Of a stretch of 64,000 bases of DNA, positions 27,687 through 36,136 are shown one piece after another (position 1 is the first letter of the stretch; every line of letters begins with the position of its first letter). Made by a program: the position numbers and the translations under genes. The stretch is from contig CAITYF010000029.1 of the NCBI GenBank assembly GCA_903896545.1, positions 138,350 through 202,349 on the forward strand, in the 5' to 3' direction. The DNA comes from an uncultured Myxococcales bacterium. Its GTDB lineage: Bacteria > Myxococcota_A > UBA9042. Below the pieces are notes generated by a model that did not search any database, was not told the DNA's origin, and saw only the letters and a list, made by a program, of their open reading frames with translations.

Positions 27687-29327
27687 ATGCAGCGCCACGC
27701 GCCGTTTGTCTTGCGATGGATTGCCGTTCTCACTTGCGCGACACCCGCCTGGGCTTCCGCTGCGGAAGCCGCCGATCCGTTCACATTGCCCGCAGCCGCA
27801 ACGCCTGCCGCCCCCGCCGCGGAGTTGCCGGCAGATGCGACCGACCCGAACGCGCTGACCTTGTCCATCGGCTTGATGGGCCGGATCACTGGGCAATCCA
27901 CCTCGGCGTTTCGCGTCGATCCCGCGGGCCATTCCTCGACGTCCGACGTGGAATACTCGGCGCGGATTCGCGTCCGCGCCGATGCAGAGACGAAGGAAGG
28001 CGATCACCGGTGGTCCGTCGGCGGCGCCATCAGCGTCGATGCGATTGACGGCACCATCGCGGGAGGTGCGGACAGCTTGATGGGCGATAAACTGCCGGGC
28101 GGCATGGCCGAATCCGTGGTGCTGCAGGACGCCTACATCGGCGCCAAGTTCGGAAAGCTGTTTGGCTTTCGCGTTGGCGCCCTCACCTCGCAATGGGGCC
28201 TCGGTTTGGTTGCCAATGACGGCACAAACGGCCTTTCCGCAGAGCGCAACGATTGGTTCACGCTGACTCGTGCCGCCGATCGCAACTTGCGCCTGATGAT
28301 CCACAGCATGCCGTGGGCGAACTGCGAAGACTCGGCGCTACGCGGGTTGATGTTCATCGCCGCGATCGACAAGGTACTGGACGACGACAGCGCCTCCTCG
28401 ATGGACGGCCAGAACGCCGTGCAGGCTGTTGGCGCGGTGCGGATGCACTTGGCGGAAAAGCGCTGGTTTGGCCTCTACTACGTGCGCCGCTGGCAGCACC
28501 ACGACATGACGGCAACGTGGAATCCCGGCAAGGACCTGCGGGTGCACGTCGTCGACGCCGCGGTGGACCTGGATTGGCGCGACAAGGAGACCCGCAAAGG
28601 TCTGCGTGTCGAAGCAGAGGCAGCCGGCATTGTCGGCGACACGTCGCTCGCGCCGACGCCGGAGTACCCGCGGCACGACGTGCAGCAGTTTGGCGCGTTT
28701 GGTCGCGTGACGTACGTGGGCGTCGCGGGCACCGGGCTGACGCTGCAGTTGGACAGCGGCTACTTCAGCGGTGACGCCAACATGGACGACGGCAAGGTCA
28801 CGACGTTCCGCGCCGACCGCAACATGAAGCAGGGGCTCGTGCTGTTTGACCGCGTGCTCGCGTGGCAGACGGGCGTGGCGAGGCGGACGGCAAGCAACTT
28901 GTCGCTCGTGGGCGTTCCAGCGCAGGACCTCGATCGCTTGGCGAGCGGCGGTGCGGTGTTTGACGCGATCACGGTCTACCCGAAAGTGGGGTACCGCGTG
29001 CTGGATTGGCTTGAAGTGTACGGTGGCGCGCTGCTCGCGTGGGCACCGGCGCCGATTGTCGATCCGCTGCACACGCGGACTGACACCGGCGGCGTACCGG
29101 TTAACTTCGCTGGGCAAAAGGCCGATGGGCACTACCTCGCGACGGAAATCGACCTCGGCGTGCGCACGACGTGGCGCTTGGGCGAGCCCTGGCACGCGGC
29201 GATTCAGGTGGCGCTGGAAGAGGGCATCCTGCTCCCCGGCGGTGCGCTGGGCGCGTTGACCACGCTCGACAATTCGGACAACCACGCCTACGCGACGCGC
29301 CTCACAGTGTCGCTGCTCGGTCGCTAA
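27687..29327 (+). CDS. secreted protein, putative outer-membrane beta-barrel
   Basis: ATG 27687 gives MQRHAPFVLRWIAVLTCATPAWASAAEA with an SPI-type signal. The 546-aa product has alternating-hydrophobic segments (YLATEIDLGVRTTWRL). No Cys enrichment. Confidence 0.5.
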   Translation: MQRHAPFVLRWIAVLTCATPAWASAAEAADPFTLPAAATPAAPAAELPADATDPNALTLSIGLMGRITGQSTSAFRVDPAGHSSTSDVEYSARIRVRADAETKEGDHRWSVGGAISVDAIDGTIAGGADSLMGDKLPGGMAESVVLQDAYIGAKFGKLFGFRVGALTSQWGLGLVANDGTNGLSAERNDWFTLTRAADRNLRLMIHSMPWANCEDSALRGLMFIAAIDKVLDDDSASSMDGQNAVQAVGAVRMHLAEKRWFGLYYVRRWQHHDMTATWNPGKDLRVHVVDAAVDLDWRDKETRKGLRVEAEAAGIVGDTSLAPTPEYPRHDVQQFGAFGRVTYVGVAGTGLTLQLDSGYFSGDANMDDGKVTTFRADRNMKQGLVLFDRVLAWQTGVARRTASNLSLVGVPAQDLDRLASGGAVFDAITVYPKVGYRVLDWLEVYGGALLAWAPAPIVDPLHTRTDTGGVPVNFAGQKADGHYLATEIDLGVRTTWRLGEPWHAAIQVALEEGILLPGGALGALTTLDNSDNHAYATRLTVSLLGR

Positions 29328-29349
29328 CGATTTGACGCTGGAGTTTGCC

Positions 29350-32300
29350 ATGAACCGCAAGCCGTACCTGTTTCTGACGCTGTTGACTCTGATCGCGCTG
29401 CCTGCGTGTCAGGACGCGCCCGAAGGCCTCGCGCCCGCGCAGCCTGCCGACACAACGGTCAAGGTCGATTTCGAGGCCAAGCCGCTGCCGGAGATTCCGC
29501 TGCCCAACGACCTGGCGACGCGCTTCGACGAGACGTCGCCAACGCACCGTCGCATCAACGCCTCGATGATGGCGCAGACCCAGTTTGAGACGCTGGTTCG
29601 CCAGAACATCGACATGCTCGACGGCTGGGGCGTTTTTGCGCCGATCACCGTCGGCTTCAGTGGGCTAATCGACCTCAAAGGCGTGCAGGACGCCCACGTC
29701 AAAGACAACTACGCGCTGGCGAACGACCTGATTTACGTCATCGACGTCACGCCCGGCTCGCCCACGTACGGCAAACCCGCGCAGATGGACATCGGTCAGG
29801 GCAATTTCCCCGTGATCCTGAAGGATCGCAACGGCTACTGGGAGAACGACGCGCGCCCGGACACGTTGTCGCTCTTCTTTGAGGAGACCGATGAGGACCT
29901 GAACAAGAACGGCAAGCTCGACGATGGCGAGGATACGGATCTGGACGGCATTTTGGACAAGCCAAATTACCTGCCCGGCTTGACGCCGACCGCCACCGAC
30001 CTGCCCGCACGCGCCGATGCGCTGATGTACTGGTACGAACGCGAGACGAACACGCTCATCATGCGGCCGTTGACGCCGTTGCGGCAGCGCACAACGTACG
30101 CGGTCGTGATTACCCGGCGCTTGAAGGACGCGAACGGCAAGCCGGTTGGTTCGCCGTTCCCGACAGTCAACCACACGGCGCAGACGGAAGCGCTGACGCC
30201 GTTGAAGGAAATTCTTGCGGGCAACAATCCGGATTTCGGCGGATTGAAGGTGGAGGACATCGCCTTCACGTGGAGCTTCTCAACCGGCAGCATCTACGAG
30301 GACCTGAACGCGGTGCGCGACGGTCTGTACGGGCTCGGTCCGCAGGCGTACCTGAAAGACACGTACCCGGCGGAGATGAGCAAGCTTCACCCGGTGTGGG
30401 CCGACGCAGAGCCCGCGAGCGCGAATCCGCACAACTTGATTGCTGTACCGGGCGAGACGATGACCGACATCATTCGCCTCATCGCGATGCAGATTCCGGA
30501 TGCCAACATCGTCAGCGGCCCGACCAACGGCGATCGCATGTTTTCGGGTTTGCAGTACGTCGACTACCACGTCTTTGGCAGTTTTGACTCGCCGCAGCTC
30601 TTTCCGCGCAAAGATATCAGCGGCAACTACTTGAACTACGCCGAGATGATTTGGCCGCCGGACGTCTCGACGACGCCTGCACCGAGTCGCGCCGAGCGGG
30701 TCTCGTACTGGCTGGCAATTCCGCGCAAGGAAGCGTCACCGCGCAAGGACGGCAAGCCCGCCGGTCTGGTCATCATCGGCCACGGCTATACGGGCAACAA
30801 GCTGACCACGGTGCAATTCGCCGGCTTCTTCGCCCGCTATGGCATCGCGACGCTGTGTCTGGAAAACGTCAGCCACGGTTTTGACCTGCTCGCAGGCACC
30901 GATCTGGATCTGGCGAAGGCGGTTCTGGAGAGCAAAGGGCTGCCCGGTGTCGTGGACGCGCTGAACCAAAATCGCAGCTGGGACCAGGATGGCGATGGCC
31001 GCGAAGACAGCGGCGCGGACTTCTGGACCGCCTACACGTTCCACACGCGCGACGTCGTGCGGCAGAGCACCGTCGACTACATGCAACTGATTCGCATTCT
31101 GCGCACGTACGACGGCACCAAGAAGTGGGCGTTCGACACGAACGGCAACGGCAAGACCGACGACGACATCGCGGGCGACTTTGACGGCGACGGCAAGGTC
31201 GACATCGGCGGCAAGGACTCCGTCATCGGCATCACGGGCAGTTCGTTGGGCGGCATGATGTCGGCCATGGTCGGCGGCAGCGAACCGCAGCTGAACACGG
31301 CGATTCCCGTCTGCGCGGGCGGCGGCTTGGGCGACGTGGGCATGCGGTCGTTACAAGGCGGCGTACGTGAAGCGGTGATTTTGCGCGTGATGGGCCCGTT
31401 GTACACGTCGGCAGTCCAGGCGGACGGCAGCGCGGTCGTGAACACGGTGATTCCGCGGCTCAACCGCACGGCGCGCATTCAGGTCGCGACGCTCGCGCCG
31501 GAGATCGTCAAGCAAGCCGGCGCAGTGCTGGCGCGTAACCTCGACAACGGCGAGTACGATTGCTCGCTGGTGAAGAACGGCCTTTTTCGCGTGGGCCTGC
31601 CATCGGACGTGACACAGGTCGGCGCGCAGCGGCACGTGCTGACGTTCTACGCCGGCAATCCGTTCCAGACGGGCGTGCGCGACGACGCCAAGGGCAAAGC
31701 GTGCAAATTGAAAGACGGTGCGATGCCGATCCGCGAGATCAAGGCGTTCGAGAACGACGTGACCTTCCACTACAACAGCCGCCCGCTCGTCTTCAAGAAC
31801 GGCGACTCGCTGGCACCTCTGGCAGAGGGTCTGGGCCTGCACCGCGCGCGTCCGGAAATGCGGCGGTTCTTGGGTCTGGCGCAGATGGTGCTGGATCCGG
31901 CCGATCCGGCGGTGCTGGCCAAGCAGTTCACGTCGGGCGAGGTGAAGTCGGCAACGGGTGAAGTGGTCAACACGCACGGCATCGTGATCACGACGATCGG
32001 CGACATGAACGTGCCAGCGTCGTCGGGTGCGAGCATCGCCCGCAACTTGGGCAAGATCGACTGGTTTGCGCAGCACCCGGAGTGGAACAACCGATCGGCG
32101 CTGCAGATGCTCGCGGACACGCACATGCTGGAGGCGGTGAACGTGATCGGCCGCTACCTGACGCCCGCGGGCGCGCCGGTGCTGTGGGATGTGGAAGATC
32201 TGTCAGGCTCAGCGGCGCTGGCCGCCGATCCGACGGCGATGCCCTACCCGCTTGGCTTGGACGGCAACTGGGCACCGCGCAACGTGACACCGATGCACAA

Positions 32301-32688
32301 GTACCTGATCGGCAACGATGGCCGCGGCGGCGTCGGCGGCGCGTTCTTCCCGTACGTGCGGCCGGAGGGCAAACACGATCTGGACTTCCCCGGCGAGCAG
32401 ATCGACCGCATCACGAAGATTTGCGCGGACCCGGCGAACGCCAAGGAGGCGCCGTGCAAGGCGCTCGCTGCAGGCACGCCGTTTGACCATGGGTCGATGG
32501 TGCTGGAAGCGATGGTGCAGTTCCTGGGCGGCGGCGGCAAAGCCTTCCCGCTGGAAGCTTGCCAGAGTAACTGGACGTGCGCGCCGAACGCAACCGGCTT
32601 GAACGCCGCGGAAATGCCGTGCGACCGCGCTTGCGGCGGGCCGACGAGCGCTGCGCCGTGGCTGAAGAAGTGTGGGAATTGCCCGTAA
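29350..32688 (+). CDS. large secreted lipoprotein with alpha/beta-hydrolase (lipase/esterase GxSxG) core and Ca-binding-type DxDxDG loops
   Basis: GGAG RBS before ATG 29350. Lipobox LIALPAC. Motifs VIIGHGYTGNK and nucleophile elbow GITGSSLGGMM are present. Loops DEDLNKNGKLDDGEDTDLDGILD and DTNGNGKTDDDIAGDFDGDGKVD resemble Ca-binding loops. A Cys-rich C-terminal tail follows. Confidence 0.6.
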   Translation: MNRKPYLFLTLLTLIALPACQDAPEGLAPAQPADTTVKVDFEAKPLPEIPLPNDLATRFDETSPTHRRINASMMAQTQFETLVRQNIDMLDGWGVFAPITVGFSGLIDLKGVQDAHVKDNYALANDLIYVIDVTPGSPTYGKPAQMDIGQGNFPVILKDRNGYWENDARPDTLSLFFEETDEDLNKNGKLDDGEDTDLDGILDKPNYLPGLTPTATDLPARADALMYWYERETNTLIMRPLTPLRQRTTYAVVITRRLKDANGKPVGSPFPTVNHTAQTEALTPLKEILAGNNPDFGGLKVEDIAFTWSFSTGSIYEDLNAVRDGLYGLGPQAYLKDTYPAEMSKLHPVWADAEPASANPHNLIAVPGETMTDIIRLIAMQIPDANIVSGPTNGDRMFSGLQYVDYHVFGSFDSPQLFPRKDISGNYLNYAEMIWPPDVSTTPAPSRAERVSYWLAIPRKEASPRKDGKPAGLVIIGHGYTGNKLTTVQFAGFFARYGIATLCLENVSHGFDLLAGTDLDLAKAVLESKGLPGVVDALNQNRSWDQDGDGREDSGADFWTAYTFHTRDVVRQSTVDYMQLIRILRTYDGTKKWAFDTNGNGKTDDDIAGDFDGDGKVDIGGKDSVIGITGSSLGGMMSAMVGGSEPQLNTAIPVCAGGGLGDVGMRSLQGGVREAVILRVMGPLYTSAVQADGSAVVNTVIPRLNRTARIQVATLAPEIVKQAGAVLARNLDNGEYDCSLVKNGLFRVGLPSDVTQVGAQRHVLTFYAGNPFQTGVRDDAKGKACKLKDGAMPIREIKAFENDVTFHYNSRPLVFKNGDSLAPLAEGLGLHRARPEMRRFLGLAQMVLDPADPAVLAKQFTSGEVKSATGEVVNTHGIVITTIGDMNVPASSGASIARNLGKIDWFAQHPEWNNRSALQMLADTHMLEAVNVIGRYLTPAGAPVLWDVEDLSGSAALAADPTAMPYPLGLDGNWAPRNVTPMHKYLIGNDGRGGVGGAFFPYVRPEGKHDLDFPGEQIDRITKICADPANAKEAPCKALAAGTPFDHGSMVLEAMVQFLGGGGKAFPLEACQSNWTCAPNATGLNAAEMPCDRACGGPTSAAPWLKKCGNCP

Positions 32689-32689
32689 G

Positions 32690-33841
32690 CTACGGCGCCT
32701 GGCAAGTCGCGAGCGCAGCTTTGCACGGACCGGTCAAGCAAGTGTTGTCGCAGGTCTTGTCGCCCTTGCAGTTGCAGCCGCCGATGCAGACTTGCAGGTC
32801 GAGCAGCTTCTTGGCCTCGGTCTTGCTCGCCGAGTGAATGCAGCCGTAGGTGCAGGTGGACTTGGCGACCGGATCCGGCTGCGCGCAGCCTTGAATGCAG
32901 GTGATCGTTCCGGTGCACGTCGCGGTGCCCTGCGGGTCGGTGCACGCCAACATCGAGTTCACGCAGCCCGCGTTCGCAGCCCCCTGACACTTCATCGCCC
33001 CGGCGAATGCGGTCTGACCGGCCGGCGTGGTTTGCGCCCAGCAGGCCGTCATGCACGCGGCTTTTTGTGCGTCCGTGCCGATGTCACACGCGCCTGCACA
33101 GCCCAATGCATCGATGCACGACTTGCTGCCCGATGCGCCACTCGCGAGGCAAGTCAGGACCTGTTCCGGGCACGCGGCGAAGGCGTCAGTGCCGCCGGCC
33201 GCAGAGGTGCACGCATCCAACGCGGCGTATTGGCCCTGCGCCGTTGCCGAAAGCGCCGCGTAACAGCCGGAGATGCAGACCAACGGGTCCTTGTTGCTGG
33301 TGCACGCTTGGGTACACGTGAAGTAGCTGCCGCACTTGGCTACGCCCGTCTTGCCGTCGGCGCCGCATACCGCGACCTTGTTCAGGCACTTCTGGCCAAT
33401 GCAGTCGCCGATGCACTTGGGATCGCTTGAGCCCTTGCACAGACCGTCGCGGCACGTCGTCTGGATGCAGGTGCTGACGCTGGCGTATTCCGTGGACACG
33501 GTCGGGCTCGTGCCGGTGAGACACGTGGCGTCACAGCCGGTTGCCCAGTTCGCGGGCGTGCAGCTCTGCGCGACGCAATTGATGAGCGAGAGGCAGTCTG
33601 GATACTTCGCAGGCGCGGTGTCTGTGGCCATGGCGTCCGTGGAGTCGGTCCCGTCAGTCAGCGTGATGGTGTCGCTGGTCGTGCCGTCTGTCGCTGTGAC
33701 GCCGTCGCCCAACGCGGTATCCAGATTCACGTCTCCCAACTGCGTGTAGTCCGTGCCCGCGCCACTGCTCGTATCTTCGTCGCACGCGCTCAGGCTCATC
33801 GTCATCGCCACTGCCGCACAAGACGTCCAAAAAATCCGCAT
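32690..33841 (-). CDS. Cys-rich secreted lipoprotein
   Basis: Internal Met at 33841 gives MRIFWTSCAAVAMTMSLSACDED (lipobox). An acidic D/T-rich linker is followed by about 45 Cys in the mature protein. Confidence 0.6.
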   Translation of the reverse strand: MRIFWTSCAAVAMTMSLSACDEDTSSGAGTDYTQLGDVNLDTALGDGVTATDGTTSDTITLTDGTDSTDAMATDTAPAKYPDCLSLINCVAQSCTPANWATGCDATCLTGTSPTVSTEYASVSTCIQTTCRDGLCKGSSDPKCIGDCIGQKCLNKVAVCGADGKTGVAKCGSYFTCTQACTSNKDPLVCISGCYAALSATAQGQYAALDACTSAAGGTDAFAACPEQVLTCLASGASGSKSCIDALGCAGACDIGTDAQKAACMTACWAQTTPAGQTAFAGAMKCQGAANAGCVNSMLACTDPQGTATCTGTITCIQGCAQPDPVAKSTCTYGCIHSASKTEAKKLLDLQVCIGGCNCKGDKTCDNTCLTGPCKAALATCQAP

Positions 33842-33960
33842 CTCGACCTCCGCTGGAGTTCCAATCCTGCCGCGCGCGTTGCGTTCGCGCAAGTAGACCG
33901 TCGTCGCGCCGCTGTGTATGCTCCAAATGCAGGGTCTGACGGGGCAACTGGAGGTAGGTC

Positions 33961-34662
33961 GTGGTTCGCTTGTTCGGCAAATTCTGGTGGCTCGGTTGCG
34001 TCTTTTCGCTCGCGGCGTGCGACGACACAGCGGTCGGCGGTCCCAGCGCGGACATCCTGAGCAGCAATGCCGACGCGACGGACGACGTCAGCATCCTGGG
34101 CGGCAAGGACGCGATCGAGGACATCAGCCCGGAGAAAGCCGCTTGTGTCGGATCGGCGCTCGAGCCCGGCATGTCAGTATTTGATTACCAGTGCAAATTT
34201 CTGGACCAATGCGAGCACATGGCCAGCTGCTACTGTGGCGACGGCTGTAGCGACACGAAGATCAAGTGCGACGACCAGTACTGCCCCAATGCCCACCCCA
34301 AGTGCTACTGCGGCGACGGTTGCGATGCCAAGCTCGTGATGTGCCCGAACTACATCTGCAACGCCTCGCCGTCCACGGGCTGTGAAGCGCACGACGACTG
34401 CGTCTTCAACAACGCCAAAGCGCCTGACTGGTGCGGCTGCCAAAAGATGCCGGACCACTGCTCGTGTGGCAGCGATTGCCTGCCCAACGTCGCACTCTGT
34501 GACGCCAAAGTCTGCAAGAACTATCCGACGAAAGGTTGCTCGCCGGAGCTCAATGACAAGAAGGAAATCAAGACCTACACGAACTGCTACTGCGAACGCT
34601 GCGGCACACTGGCGCACACGCCGCGCTGCTATTTCCTGCAATGCCCCGGAGCCAAGCCCTGA
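33961..34662 (+). CDS. Cys-rich secreted lipoprotein (CYCGDGC repeats), translationally coupled to crcB
   Basis: GTG 33961 with signal and lipobox FSLAAC. Repeats CYCGDGCSDTKIKCDDQYCPN and CYCGDGCDAKLVMCPNYICN are present. The stop overlaps the crcB ATG (TGATG at 34660-64). Confidence 0.6.
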   Translation: MVRLFGKFWWLGCVFSLAACDDTAVGGPSADILSSNADATDDVSILGGKDAIEDISPEKAACVGSALEPGMSVFDYQCKFLDQCEHMASCYCGDGCSDTKIKCDDQYCPNAHPKCYCGDGCDAKLVMCPNYICNASPSTGCEAHDDCVFNNAKAPDWCGCQKMPDHCSCGSDCLPNVALCDAKVCKNYPTKGCSPELNDKKEIKTYTNCYCERCGTLAHTPRCYFLQCPGAKP

Positions 34663-35033
34663 TGCGGCTGGCGCTCATCATCGCGCTGGGGTCCGCGCTT
34701 GGCGGGCTGCTGCGGTACCTCGTGGCCCTCGGATGGCGCGGGCAAGTCGTCGCGGGTCTGCCGCTGGCGACGTTGACCGTGAACATCGTCGGTTCGGCCA
34801 TCTTTGGCCTTCTCGCGTCGCGTCACGCGCACGCGCCGCTCCAGGATTCTGTGTACTTCGGCCTGACCACCGGCATTCTCGGCGGGTTCACGACCTACTC
34901 CAGCTTCAACGGCGAAATGTTGCGGATGCTCGTCGAAGGCAACGCCTGGCGCGCCGCGCTCTACGCGGGCGTCACAGGGACGACTTGCCTGCTCGGTGGC
35001 GGCCTCGGCTGGTGGCTGGGAGCGCTGAAGTAG
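34662..35033 (+). CDS. crcB: fluoride ion channel CrcB/FluC
   Basis: 124 aa with four TM segments and the hallmark GGFTTYSSF motif. Confidence 0.8.
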   Translation: MRLALIIALGSALGGLLRYLVALGWRGQVVAGLPLATLTVNIVGSAIFGLLASRHAHAPLQDSVYFGLTTGILGGFTTYSSFNGEMLRMLVEGNAWRAALYAGVTGTTCLLGGGLGWWLGALK

Positions 35034-35039
35034 CAGAAC

Positions 35040-35684
35040 TTACGGCGCCTTGGGCGCCTCACCGACATCACCCGGCGTCAGGAACAACGGCACGGTGACC
35101 GAACCGGTCAGCGGCTTGCCCACCGGGAACTTCGCAGCATCAACCGCGGTGCGAATGCACGTCAGGAACTTCGGCTCGGTGAACTGCGTCTCTTTCAAGA
35201 ACAACTCGCCCAGCGCAGCTTGTCCCGGCTCAGCGCCCGGCTTCACGGAGAACTTCATCAGCATGCGCCCCCCCGCCTGCGGCGCGATCTTCTTCAGCTC
35301 CGAATAGCAATCCCGCAGCGCCGGAAACACAGCCTTGATCGCGGCTTCCGCGTCGGCTTCCTGCACGTCGCCTTCCACTTCCAGCTTGCCGTGCGGCTGC
35401 GCCGGCGTATCCGTTCCACCCGCCTGCACGTTCTTCAGCGCCGGCAACGAACCTGGCAGCGCGAGCTGCTCCGGCTTGGCTTCCGCTTTGTCAGACAAGC
35501 CTTCCTCGGCCTTGACGACGGTCGGATTCTTGCCAGCGCCGGGATCTTCGCCGTCTTTTTGCGCCGTCTTGGCGGTCTTGTCGCCGTCTTTGGCCTTCTT
35601 GCCAGCGCCGCCGCCGACCGTGAACCACAGACCGGCAACAACTGCCAGAATCGCCACAATGATACCAATCTGCTTGGGCTGCAT
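35040..35684 (-). CDS. membrane-anchored protein with Lys/Ala/Glu/Asp-rich linker and a C-terminal TonB-C/AgmX-like domain (tentative)
   Basis: GGCGAGG RBS and an N-terminal TM segment IGIIVAILAVVAGLWF. The C-terminal roughly 100 aa (AIKAVFPALRDCY...FLTCIRTAV...GSVTVPLFL) looks like a small periplasmic domain. Confidence 0.45.
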   Translation of the reverse strand: MQPKQIGIIVAILAVVAGLWFTVGGGAGKKAKDGDKTAKTAQKDGEDPGAGKNPTVVKAEEGLSDKAEAKPEQLALPGSLPALKNVQAGGTDTPAQPHGKLEVEGDVQEADAEAAIKAVFPALRDCYSELKKIAPQAGGRMLMKFSVKPGAEPGQAALGELFLKETQFTEPKFLTCIRTAVDAAKFPVGKPLTGSVTVPLFLTPGDVGEAPKAP

Positions 35685-35714
35685 GACGCCTCGCCTTTCT
35701 CTTGTTTTGAGGGG

Positions 35715-36041
35715 TTACAGGTGCTTCTCGATCAACTGCGCCATCGCGGGCTTGGGCCGACCGCCGAGGATCTGCTCCACGACGCGGCCGCCTTTAAACA
35801 CCATCAGCGTCGGAATGGACGAAATCTGGTACTCGCCGGCCAACCGCTGGTTCGAGTCGACGTCCACCTTGGCGATCTTCGCGCGGCCCTTGAAGTCGTC
35901 AGCGAGCTGCTCGACCAACGGCGCGATCGCGCGGCACGGACCACACCAGGTCGCCCAAAAGTCGATGAGCACGGGCTCCTTCGACTCCAGAACTTCCGTC
36001 TTGAAATTGCTCTCGGTCACGACCACAACATTGCCAGCCAT
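35715..36041 (-). CDS. trxA: thioredoxin
   Basis: GAGGA RBS. Active-site WCGPC. The 108-aa product matches thioredoxin in length and layout (FWATWCGPCRAIAPLVEQLA...). Confidence 0.85.
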   Translation of the reverse strand: MAGNVVVVTESNFKTEVLESKEPVLIDFWATWCGPCRAIAPLVEQLADDFKGRAKIAKVDVDSNQRLAGEYQISSIPTLMVFKGGRVVEQILGGRPKPAMAQLIEKHL

Positions 36042-36136
36042 AGGATCCTCGTTTGCGAAAAGTGGCCCCAGCGCGGCAGCCTTGCCAGAACTTGGGGGAC
36101 ACAGGTTAGGTTGAGCCGCGTTTGCGCGCAAGCCCG

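Noticed and set aside
33893-33960. Possible fluoride riboswitch upstream of the crcB operon
   Set aside because: The conserved crcB-motif elements could not be recognised by eye. This needs a covariance-model scan.
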